A stretch of DNA of 64,000 bases, from contig CAYVTW010000011.1 of the NCBI GenBank assembly GCA_964454895.1, forward strand, positions 8,264-72,263. The letters are read 5' to 3'. Of the stretch, positions 1-8,430 are shown one piece after another (position 1 is the first letter of the stretch; each line of letters begins with the position of its first letter). Origin of the DNA: an uncultured Ignavibacterium sp. (GTDB lineage Bacteria; Bacteroidota; Ignavibacteria; Ch128b). The notes beneath the pieces are model-generated. The model did not search any database. It was not told the origin of the DNA and was given only the letters and a program-made list of their open reading frames with translations. Position numbers and translations under genes: made by a program.

Positions 1-599
1 AATTATTTTTTCAGGCATCGTTTGAACCATTTCAGTTTCGATGAATCCTGGAGCTACCGCATTAACACAAATTCCTTTTCTTCCAAGTTCACGAGCCCAA
101 ACTTTTGTTAATCCAATCATTCCACTTTTTGTAGCCACATAGTTTGATTGTCCAAAATTTCCATAAAGTGCAACTACCGAAGAGGTGTTAATTATCTTTC
201 CTTTTCCTTTCTCAACCATAAATGGTGCAACAGCTTTAGTACAATTAAAAACTCCAGTAAGATTAACATTCAAAACACTTTGCCATTGTTCTTCAGTCAT
301 TTTAAGTAGAGTTGCGTCACGAGTTATTCCAGCATTATTAATTAAAATATCTATTTGTCCATACTCATCAATTATCTTACGAGTTACCTCCTCAACATTT
401 TGATAATTAGTTACATCAACATGAAAGTATTTACATGTATATCCATTTTCAACGAGGTCTTTTTCAAGAATTTCTCCATCACTATTGAGGATATCCCAAA
501 TCATAACTTTTGCGCCCTCTGCACAAAATTTTGTTACCGCTGCTTTTCCGATACCCCTTGCTCCACCAGTTATAACGGCAACTTTATTTTTAAGCCTCA
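1..599 (-). CDS. Short-chain dehydrogenase/reductase (3-oxoacyl-ACP reductase FabG-like), 3' end truncated by window edge
   Basis: Reverse-complement of 541-599 translates MRLKNKVAVITGGARGIGKA (classic SDR TGGxxGIG Rossmann motif); reading frame stays open to position 1; start ATG at 597-599(rc). Not in ORF track because it runs off the edge. Confidence 0.8.
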
Positions 600-621
600 T
601 TATTTCCCCCAAATTTTTTTA

Positions 622-1113
622 TTAACGATATTTATTTTTTATCTTATTCCAATCGTCAAGAAACTTCTGATAGTTTTGAACCATTAGCGTATAGAATTCT
701 TCCATTTCATTTAATCGATTTAAGATTTCACCGAGCTCTTTGTGGTTCGATTTTTTTGCTTTCAATTTTAGATCAGTTGCTAATCTTTTATTTCTTTTAA
801 TTAGCTCGAAATTATTTCTGAAAGCATTTTCAAAAATATCTGGATGTGCTTCATAATAATCTTTTCTGCTACCTGGAACCCAAACTTTTTTCAGGAGATT
901 TCTATCTCTCAGTCTTCTAATAATTTGGCTAACAGGACCCTTACTTCTTTTTAGCTGCTTGCAAATATCATCAAGCGAAAGAGGTTGGTTGGTAAAAATC
1001 ATTAATGCAACGATGTGCCCCATTAATTTACTCAATCCAAAAGCTTTATAAGCATCTCCAAAGCCTTGGATGATTTCTCTTATTATTTTTTCTTCTAGAT
1101 TTAGCGTTTTCAT
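622..1113 (-). CDS. GbsR/MarR-family winged-helix transcriptional regulator
   Basis: Track ORF 622..1167 starts on TTG; first in-frame ATG gives MKTLNLEEK... at 1113. Residues LSKLMGHIVALMIF...PLSLDDICKQL..SKGPVSQIIRRL...VWVPGSRKDYYEA match the GbsR-type HTH/wing layout; divergent from an aldehyde dehydrogenase, as gbsR is from gbsA in Bacillus. Confidence 0.6.
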   Translation of the reverse strand: MKTLNLEEKIIREIIQGFGDAYKAFGLSKLMGHIVALMIFTNQPLSLDDICKQLKRSKGPVSQIIRRLRDRNLLKKVWVPGSRKDYYEAHPDIFENAFRNNFELIKRNKRLATDLKLKAKKSNHKELGEILNRLNEMEEFYTLMVQNYQKFLDDWNKIKNKYR

Positions 1114-1165
1114 TTTTTCAAACGTTTGATTTGTTTGAAACTTAATTTTTTTTCTAGATTTTGTC

Positions 1166-1199
1166 AAGCTTCTATTTCAAATAAAAAATTTGAAAGCTT
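1166..1199. promoter_or_regulatory. Perfect 8-5-8 inverted repeat TTTCAAAT-aaaaa-ATTTGAAA flanked by AAGCTT half-sites; candidate operator in divergent promoter region
   Basis: Read directly: 1175-1182 TTTCAAAT, 1188-1195 ATTTGAAA; AAGCTT at 1166-1171 and 1194-1199. Lies between regulator start and ALDH start (RBS GGAGG at 1279-1283). Confidence 0.35.
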
Positions 1200-1288
1200 C
1201 GTAAATGTTAATTATAGCATTCAGTTTTAGTTGAAAAGTAAAAATATTTTATCTAATTATGGATTAGAAACTCATAAATTGGAGGCTT

Positions 1289-2713
1289 ATGATGCATCAC
1301 ATAGGATTTATAATTAATGGGAATATTATTCTCACATCAAGAAAATATAATGTAAAGAATAAATCTAATCATCAAATATTTGCGACTTGCTCACTTGCTT
1401 TTGAAAATGATATAGATAATGCGATTGATGCTGCATATAAAGCTTTCAAAATAACTAGTAAACTCCCAGCTTATAAACGAAAAGAAATTCTGCAAAAAAT
1501 TGCGGTAGAGTTAATAAATCAAAAAGAAGAACTAGCAAAATTGATTTCAATTGAAACAGGAAAACCAATAAAACTATCCAGGATTGAAATTGATCGCGCC
1601 GTAAATACATTCCAATTTGCAGCTGAAGAAGTAGATAAAATAAAAGGTGAGGTATTAACTCTTGATGTTACCGCTCAATCTGAAAATCGATATGGAATAA
1701 CCAAACGATTTCCAATAGGACCTGTTCTCGCCATTACTCCATTTAATTTTCCAATAAATCTTGCAGCACATAAAATTGCTCCAGCCATTGCGGTTGGAAA
1801 TACAATCATTTTCAAACCAGCTACTGCTGCAATGGCGACTGGTAATAGATTAGCTTCTATCATAAATAACGTTTCAGGTATTCCAGGTTTAATTAATTCA
1901 ATTAATTGTTCAGGTTCAATGATCGAAAAATTTTTAGGTGATGATAGGATCAAAAAAATCAGTTTCACAGGTAGCTGCGAGATAGGCTGGCGAATTAAAC
2001 AACTTGCAGTAAAACAGAAAGTTACTTTAGAACTAGGAGGAAACGCTGGAGTAATGGTTGATAAAGATGCAAATTTAGATTTTGCTATCCCGAGACTTGT
2101 AACAGGATCGTTTGCTCATGCTGGACAGATTTGTATTTCAGTTCAAAGAATTTTTGTTCATGAAGAAGTCTTCGAATCTTTCTTGAATAGATTTGTTGAA
2201 GAGACTTCAAAAATTAAGTGTGGTGATCCATTGGATGAGGAAGTAATTGTGGGTCCAATGATTAGCGAAAATGATGCGAAGAGAATAGAAGAATGGGTAA
2301 ACGAAGCTCAAGCTCAAGGTGCAAAAGTGTTAATTGGTGGAAAACGAAAAGGAGAATTCTACAAACCAACTGTCTTAACAAACACAAAGCCGGATATGAA
2401 AGTAAATTCACTCGAAGCTTTTGCACCAATAGTTACTATTGAACCAGTCAATTCTTTTGAAGAAGGTATACAACAAATAAACAATTCAAAGTATGGATTA
2501 CAAGCAGGAATTTTCACGAATAATCTCAGAAATGCTCTATACGCTTTTGATAATGTAGAAGTGGGTGGACTAATAATTAACGACTATCCTACATTTAGGG
2601 TCGATAACATGCCTTATGGTGGATTGAAAGAGAGTGGCGTAGGTCGAGAAGGAATAAGATACGCGATCGAAGAGATGACCGAGTTAAAACTTGCTGTTTT
2701 TAATAAACTCTAA
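1289..2713 (+). CDS. NAD(P)-dependent aldehyde dehydrogenase family protein
   Basis: ALDH hallmarks: ELGGNAG (glutamate active site region), FAHAGQICISVQRIFVHE (catalytic Cys), GxxxxG NAD fold; 474 aa typical length. Preceded by GGAGG RBS. Confidence 0.85.
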   Translation: MMHHIGFIINGNIILTSRKYNVKNKSNHQIFATCSLAFENDIDNAIDAAYKAFKITSKLPAYKRKEILQKIAVELINQKEELAKLISIETGKPIKLSRIEIDRAVNTFQFAAEEVDKIKGEVLTLDVTAQSENRYGITKRFPIGPVLAITPFNFPINLAAHKIAPAIAVGNTIIFKPATAAMATGNRLASIINNVSGIPGLINSINCSGSMIEKFLGDDRIKKISFTGSCEIGWRIKQLAVKQKVTLELGGNAGVMVDKDANLDFAIPRLVTGSFAHAGQICISVQRIFVHEEVFESFLNRFVEETSKIKCGDPLDEEVIVGPMISENDAKRIEEWVNEAQAQGAKVLIGGKRKGEFYKPTVLTNTKPDMKVNSLEAFAPIVTIEPVNSFEEGIQQINNSKYGLQAGIFTNNLRNALYAFDNVEVGGLIINDYPTFRVDNMPYGGLKESGVGREGIRYAIEEMTELKLAVFNKL

Positions 2714-2723
2714 AATATTACAT

Positions 2724-4679
2724 TTAATTTTTTTGATCTTGACTAAAAACTGTAATTAATGCATTTAACAGATCAGCTCGACGAACTGGTTTCGGTATAA
2801 ATATGATTCCCATTTCTTCTATTTGTTCTTTGAGTCCACTTAAAATATCAGCCGAAGTTGTTACAATCTTTAAAGTCTGAAGTTTTTCTCGCTTTCTAAT
2901 TTCTTTAATAACATCCATTCCTGGAATATCAGGTAACCTTAAATCCAGAACAATTCCATCATATTCTTCTGTGATAAGTTTATTTAAAGCAAGTTTACCT
3001 GAAAATACAGTTTCAACCTCACACTCTGGGAGCATCAATTTGAACAATTTATGATTGTATTCTTGATCATCAACAACAAGAATTCTCTTACCTTTAATAA
3101 TTGATAGATCTTTTGGAATTTGAACAACTTCTGCTTCTTCGATTTGCTCAGTTCTAGAAGCGGGATAAGTAAATGAGACAGTTGTTCCAACATTTTTCTT
3201 GCTTTCAATTATTATATCACCTTTCCATAGGTTAATAATTTCTTTTGAGATTGCAAGACCTAAACCCGATCCACCATATTTTTGTGATATTTCAGGTGCT
3301 TGTTCAAATGGAATAAAAAGTCGATTCAATTCTTCCTGAGTCATTCCAATTCCTGTATCGCTTATCTTAAATGTCAAAACTCCGTTATTGTAGCGAACAT
3401 CAACGGAGATTAATCCCTCATCAGTAAATTTGACTGCATTGTCGAGTATATTCAGTAGAACCCGTTGTAAGTTGTGTGCGTCAAGTAAGAAATAAGCATC
3501 TGGTTCAATGTTAGAGTTATAATCAAGGGCAACTTTTTTCCCAATAAGTTTTACTTCAATCATTGAAAGAACTGATTTCATCAAAGCAATTAAATTGTAA
3601 GGTTTCTCAATTATCTTGATTTTACTTGCTTCAGCTTTGGATAAATCCAAAATATCGTTCAAAACTTTTAGAAGATGTTCCGCACTTTTTTGAATGTAGG
3701 TTAAAAATTCTCTTACATCACCATCAATATCCATGCTTGAAAGAATATCCACATAGCCAAGAATAATATTTATAGGTGAACGAAGCTCGTGGGACATATT
3801 TGCCATAAATCTTGATTTAGTAGCGGCGAGTAAATCTTTTTGTTTAACGGTTTCTTCAAGTGCTCTGATGTATTCTCTTTCTTTTGTGAAATCATGAAAA
3901 GCAATTAAATAACATGGTCTTCTGTGATAGGTGATCTCAGATGGATAACAGTTTGTCCAGATTTTCATCTTATCATGATAACGCTGCATTTTTATTTGCT
4001 TTGGAAATGTATCGCTGCTTAAACCTTCAGAAAAAATTCTTTCAAGGACACTCACACTCTCAGCATCTATTAAATCCCAAATTTTTCTACCAAGATTTTC
4101 GCTGCTCGAAATTTGCAGCATTTCCATTCCTTTCCTATTAGTGAAAATAATATCATGTGTTTCCTTATCGACAATTAGGAGACCAATATTAATCTTATCC
4201 AATATTTCAGAGTGAACAAGTTGAAGTTGTTGAAATCTATCTTTGAAATTTTTCTCTTCGCTGATATCCCTAACTACTAACAAAAAATATAAACTTTTTT
4301 TTCCCTTGAGTTTGAAAGGATACAATGAAATATTTGTGAAAATTTCAGTTCCGTTCTTTGTCAATAAGTATGTTTCGTATTCGCTCAGAGACTTTTCAGA
4401 GAGTATCGAACGGATAATGGTGTTTCTTTCTTTTTCGAAATCGGAAATCAAAGATCCTATATGCTTCTTGGTTATACTCTTTTCACTGAAACCAAAAATT
4501 TTACTCGCAGCACCACCCCAGAATTCAATCAAACCTTTGGAGTTAATTATTATAAATGCTTCATTGGAGTTTTCTAAAATTGACTTATAGAAAGAGATAT
4601 CAAACTGTAATTGTCTGTTGGTAGATTTATTTTCTTGTTTAGTGACTTTTTTCATTGCTAAATACCATTTGATTTTCAA
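2724..4679 (-). CDS. Hybrid sensor histidine kinase (PAS-PAS-HisKA-HATPase_c-REC)
   Basis: H-box MSHELRSPINIILGY, G-boxes DTGIGM / GGSGLGLAISK, C-terminal receiver KRILVVDDQEYN...DGIVLDLRLPDIPG; two N-terminal PAS-like segments. Confidence 0.8.
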   Translation of the reverse strand: MKIKWYLAMKKVTKQENKSTNRQLQFDISFYKSILENSNEAFIIINSKGLIEFWGGAASKIFGFSEKSITKKHIGSLISDFEKERNTIIRSILSEKSLSEYETYLLTKNGTEIFTNISLYPFKLKGKKSLYFLLVVRDISEEKNFKDRFQQLQLVHSEILDKINIGLLIVDKETHDIIFTNRKGMEMLQISSSENLGRKIWDLIDAESVSVLERIFSEGLSSDTFPKQIKMQRYHDKMKIWTNCYPSEITYHRRPCYLIAFHDFTKEREYIRALEETVKQKDLLAATKSRFMANMSHELRSPINIILGYVDILSSMDIDGDVREFLTYIQKSAEHLLKVLNDILDLSKAEASKIKIIEKPYNLIALMKSVLSMIEVKLIGKKVALDYNSNIEPDAYFLLDAHNLQRVLLNILDNAVKFTDEGLISVDVRYNNGVLTFKISDTGIGMTQEELNRLFIPFEQAPEISQKYGGSGLGLAISKEIINLWKGDIIIESKKNVGTTVSFTYPASRTEQIEEAEVVQIPKDLSIIKGKRILVVDDQEYNHKLFKLMLPECEVETVFSGKLALNKLITEEYDGIVLDLRLPDIPGMDVIKEIRKREKLQTLKIVTTSADILSGLKEQIEEMGIIFIPKPVRRADLLNALITVFSQDQKN

Positions 4680-4760
4680 ACTAAAATAAGAAATTTTGCA
4701 TCGAGTATATAATAAAAACTTTAAGGATTACTCATTTTTCAGTATTTTTGGAGTAAGATT

Positions 4761-5843
4761 ATGGAAACAAAAATTAAAAGTCTCTCTATTATCCAAACAA
4801 ATTCCCCTAAACGTATCCCATCCTCATTTGAATTAGGTTTTGGGAAATATTTTACGGATCATATCTTTACAATGGATTATGATCCAGACCATGGTTGGTA
4901 TAACCCAACTATTCAACCTTACGACTCACTACCTATAGAACCTGGTAATATTACTTTTCATTATGGACAAACTGTTTTTGATGGGCTCAAATGCTACTAT
5001 GGTGTTGATGGTAAGATAAGATTTTTCCGCGTTAAAGATTACCTAAAGCGTTTCAATAATTCTGCTCGTGGGATGTGCATTCCAGAATTTAATGAAGACG
5101 AGTTGCTTGAATATTTGAAAGAATTAATTTTACTAGATAAGGATTGGGTTCCAAAAGAAGAAGGTACATCACTGTACATCCGACCTCTAATTATTGCGAT
5201 GGATAACGCACTAGGCGTGCGAAGCTCTTATACTTATAAATTATTTATTATTCTAAGTCCAGTTGGATCCTATTACGCTGAGGGATTTAACCCAGTCAAA
5301 ATTCTGGTTGAAGAAACTTATTCTAGGACAGCACCAGGTGGTTTAGGTTCATGCAAAACTGCTGCTAATTATGCAGCAAGTTTATTTGGAGCTGAACTGG
5401 CTAAGAAAAAAGGTTACACTCAAGTTCTTTGGTTAGATGCATGTATGAAAAGATATGTAGAAGAAGTTGGAACAATGAATATTTTCTTTAGAATAGATGA
5501 CGATTTAATTACACCTCCACTCGAAGGTACAATTCTACCTGGAGTGACACGTGATAGTATCATTAAAATTGCAAAAAAAGAAAATATAAGAGTATGTGAA
5601 AGAAAAATATCCATCGATGAAGTTATTCAAGCTCATAATGATGGAAGATTGCTAGAAGTTTTCGGTTCTGGAACTGCAGCGGTTATTTCTCCTGTTGGGT
5701 TACTAAGCTACAAAGGGAAAGAATATATTATTAATGATTTTAAAGTTGGCGAGTGGAGTAAGTACTTTTACGATTTAATAACATCTTGGTACTATGGTAA
5801 AGCCACTGATCCATTTGGTTGGATAACTATCTTACAAGATTAA
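4761..5843 (+). CDS. ilvE: Branched-chain amino acid aminotransferase (class IV PLP, eukaryote-type BCAT)
   Basis: N-terminus FGKYFTDHIFTMDYD..GWYNPTIQPY and core LYIRPLIIAMDNALGVR / GSCKTAANYAASL / EVGTMNIFF / GVTRDSII are characteristic of IlvE-II type BCAT; 360 aa. Confidence 0.85.
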   Translation: METKIKSLSIIQTNSPKRIPSSFELGFGKYFTDHIFTMDYDPDHGWYNPTIQPYDSLPIEPGNITFHYGQTVFDGLKCYYGVDGKIRFFRVKDYLKRFNNSARGMCIPEFNEDELLEYLKELILLDKDWVPKEEGTSLYIRPLIIAMDNALGVRSSYTYKLFIILSPVGSYYAEGFNPVKILVEETYSRTAPGGLGSCKTAANYAASLFGAELAKKKGYTQVLWLDACMKRYVEEVGTMNIFFRIDDDLITPPLEGTILPGVTRDSIIKIAKKENIRVCERKISIDEVIQAHNDGRLLEVFGSGTAAVISPVGLLSYKGKEYIINDFKVGEWSKYFYDLITSWYYGKATDPFGWITILQD

Positions 5844-5846
5844 GAA

Positions 5847-6542
5847 TTGAACGGTACCTTTTATATTGTTTCGACACATCTCGGAAATATTGATGATTTA
5901 GGTTTCCGTGCAAAGAGAGTTCTATCTGAATGTGATTATATAATTTGTGAAGAATTAAAGCCAGCCAGAAAGTTATTAAAACACCTTGGGCTATTCAAAG
6001 AATTAATTCAAATTAACGAGCACACAGAAAAAGAAAATTCAGCGATAGTAATACAACTCCTTAAAGAAGGTAAAAATTGTTGTTTGATTTCAGACACGGG
6101 CACACCAATTTTTTCTGATCCTGGAAATTACTTATTGAACTTAATTTATGCTTCAGATATCCCTGTATCCCTAATACCAGGCCCAGACTCTCTAATCCCC
6201 TCACTTATAATTTCCGGTTTTGATGTTAGTAAATTTTATTTTGCTGGTTGGTTATCTCCAAAATCAGATCAACGAAAAAAGCAACTGCAAGCACTCAAGT
6301 TCATTCAGAAGACAATAGCGTTGATGGACACTCCATATAGATTGAAGCAAGTATTACACGATATAAATGAAATTTTCGGTCCAGACACAATTATTTCTCT
6401 CGCCTGTGATTTAACAACGGAAAAAGAAAAAATTATCCGAGGTAAAGTTGTAGAAATTAATCGAATTGTAAATGAAGAAAATTTAAAGTGTGAGTTTGTC
6501 CTTGTAATTGGTAATCAAAAGAAGAAAAGGGAGTTAATTTAA
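5847..6542 (+). CDS. rsmI: 16S rRNA (cytidine1402-2'-O)-methyltransferase RsmI (tetrapyrrole-methylase fold)
   Basis: GTFYIVSTHLGNIDDLGFRAKRVLSECDYIICEELKPARKLLKHLGL matches the RsmI N-terminal signature (LYvVaTPIGNleDit.RA...L.evd.Ia.EDtR.t.kLL). Confidence 0.75.
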   Translation: MNGTFYIVSTHLGNIDDLGFRAKRVLSECDYIICEELKPARKLLKHLGLFKELIQINEHTEKENSAIVIQLLKEGKNCCLISDTGTPIFSDPGNYLLNLIYASDIPVSLIPGPDSLIPSLIISGFDVSKFYFAGWLSPKSDQRKKQLQALKFIQKTIALMDTPYRLKQVLHDINEIFGPDTIISLACDLTTEKEKIIRGKVVEINRIVNEENLKCEFVLVIGNQKKKRELI

Positions 6543-6550
6543 ACTCCCTT
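6527..6550. terminator. 9-bp-stem hairpin (AAGGGAGTT-aattta-AACTCCCTT) enclosing the convergent stop codons of rsmI (+) and the response regulator (-)
   Basis: Read directly from sequence; both stops (6540-6542 + ; 6539-6541 -) sit in the loop/stem; possible bidirectional terminator, though the flanking U-tracts are weak. Confidence 0.3.
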
Positions 6551-6919
6551 CAAACCTAAAGCATCCTTCACTTTTTCCATTAACGATTGGTAAGACACAG
6601 GTGATGTAACAAAATAATTTGCACCGAGTTGGAAGCAAAGCTCAACCACCTCTTTATCATTTAGTGCAGAAGCAACTATTACTTTTGTAATATTATTTTT
6701 TGAATTCGAGCGAATAGTTTTTAGTACTTCAAACCCGCTTACTTCTGGCATCATTAAATCTAAAATCACTAAATCGTATGTTTTTTCTGCAACCTTAGCT
6801 TTAGCTTCTTTCCCATTTGCTGCCGTATCTGCATCTAATCCCGCTCTTTTGAGATAATGCAAATGCATTTTTACTACTAAAGGATTGTCGTCTACAATAA
6901 GTATTTTATAATTATTCAT
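6539..6919 (-). CDS. Single-domain CheY-like response regulator receiver
   Basis: KILIVDDNPLVVKMH...DLVILDLMMPEVSGFEVLKTIR...KVIVASA: conserved DD / D(phospho) / T(S) / K receiver positions; no output domain (126 aa). Overlaps upstream gene by 4 nt (operonic). Confidence 0.8.
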   Translation of the reverse strand: MNNYKILIVDDNPLVVKMHLHYLKRAGLDADTAANGKEAKAKVAEKTYDLVILDLMMPEVSGFEVLKTIRSNSKNNITKVIVASALNDKEVVELCFQLGANYFVTSPVSYQSLMEKVKDALGLKGV

Positions 6920-8430
6920 TGTTCCTCTATTGGTAATTTTTGTTGCTGTGCTGTTGATTTATAAACTCTCCATTTTGGAGTTTGATATACTAAAGTAGTA
7001 AATTCAAATCCATTTTCAAAAGCATCTGGATACATAGCAGTTAGCTGATCAAAACCTGTTACAGTTAAATCAGGTCTTGGAACAACGATATAAGTTGCAG
7101 CAAATTGTGGTTGTTGTAATACTCTGATGTAATCGTATTGATATGGTAAATAAAATTGTTTTGGGCTTGAGTAGAAACAAACTATTGGATATCCAACTGC
7201 ATCATCAATCAGAATCATATCCTTCTCTGTAGTATTATCTTTCAAAAATTTTGCTACCTGTAGTTCTTCGTCAAAAATATCTTCAACAGGTTCACCTCTA
7301 AGCACAGTAGCGAAATTTTTTTCTGTAAGCTCAACTGAATTCTCTAAAGACTTGTAACCAAAAAATACAGATATGGCCATGATTATTATAACAACATAAG
7401 CATAAGCTGGTTTATATAAAGGTGAGTTAATAAAGTAATACATGATTATAATACTCAGAGGGATTAATACACCAAACCAGCTATAAGAAAGTGCAGAGAT
7501 ACCAAGAAATATAACAATAATTTGAAGAATGATTGGGGCGAATGCAGCAACAAAAATTGTAATTGTTCTAATAGTTGGTAGTGTGAAATAGTAGGCTGGA
7601 TATGTTATAAAGGACATCTTGAGCACTATCCATATTGACCAAATTAAATCACCTTTTCCTTGCGCAAGCTCAGGGCGTAAAGCCATTTCCTTTGAAACTT
7701 GTTTGAAATAGGAGTAGGGACTAAAATAAAAGTAAAAAGGTTCTCCGGCGAAAATCCAGTTCAAATAAACCCAAGAACCAAGAACAATAAAAGTTGGAAG
7801 AACTAGCATTAATGTAAGTGCAAATATTCTAACAACATTGAATTCAATTGTTTCGGATATTAGGAAAGGTGCAAATGGTATCAAAGCAAGGGTAAGGAAG
7901 AAAGTGTCGTATCTAATCCCTGACATAGCACCCAACGCTACACCAGATAATACTATGTAATAAGGTATTCTCGTTTCGTGAAATCTGAAAAATGAATAGA
8001 CAAATACCACAAAGAATAATACATAAAGTGTCTGACTTGGTTGAGCAAAGATTATATAAAGAAATACTGGATTAATTATCAACAATGCAGTAATTAATAA
8101 TTTCACTAAAGTATTTCCTGGTATCCACCGCAAATATCTTATACATAGAGTAATAACTAATGCACCCCAAAGAGTTGAAATTATCAAAGATGCCACAGGC
8201 GAGGACGATACAGCAAGAGGCAAATAAAAGAGATATGGCAGTGGAGGATAAATTAAACCGAGATTTTCCAACCTTGGTGGGTTACCTCTCATAGCTAGTT
8301 GGGCTTTCTCCATCAAAAAGATGCCTTCTTGAGCATAAAAATTAAAATTAAAGTAGAGATAAGCTCCCATTAAGAAAAGCCCAATCCATATAAAAAGAAA
8401 AATTATAATATCCCTTAGTTTTATTCCCAT
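6916..8430 (-). CDS. Polytopic inner-membrane protein, putative GT-C-fold glycosyltransferase (ArnT/PMT-like) with C-terminal periplasmic domain
   Basis: About 11-13 predicted hydrophobic helices over residues 1-350, then a soluble about 150-aa C-terminal domain; start ATG abuts the stop of the GT2 gene (8430/8431). Family assignment is inference from topology only. Confidence 0.4.
   Translation of the reverse strand: MGIKLRDIIIFLFIWIGLFLMGAYLYFNFNFYAQEGIFLMEKAQLAMRGNPPRLENLGLIYPPLPYLFYLPLAVSSSPVASLIISTLWGALVITLCIRYLRWIPGNTLVKLLITALLIINPVFLYIIFAQPSQTLYVLFFVVFVYSFFRFHETRIPYYIVLSGVALGAMSGIRYDTFFLTLALIPFAPFLISETIEFNVVRIFALTLMLVLPTFIVLGSWVYLNWIFAGEPFYFYFSPYSYFKQVSKEMALRPELAQGKGDLIWSIWIVLKMSFITYPAYYFTLPTIRTITIFVAAFAPIILQIIVIFLGISALSYSWFGVLIPLSIIIMYYFINSPLYKPAYAYVVIIIMAISVFFGYKSLENSVELTEKNFATVLRGEPVEDIFDEELQVAKFLKDNTTEKDMILIDDAVGYPIVCFYSSPKQFYLPYQYDYIRVLQQPQFAATYIVVPRPDLTVTGFDQLTAMYPDAFENGFEFTTLVYQTPKWRVYKSTAQQQKLPIEEQ

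Noticed and set aside
185-687. Two + strand ORFs (72 aa, 110 aa) at the window start
   Set aside because: Antisense to the well-supported SDR gene (1-599) and to the regulator gene; no motifs; hydrophobic/low-complexity translations typical of antisense frames.
1675-1968. 97-aa minus-strand ORF inside the aldehyde dehydrogenase gene
   Set aside because: Entirely antisense to a strongly supported CDS.
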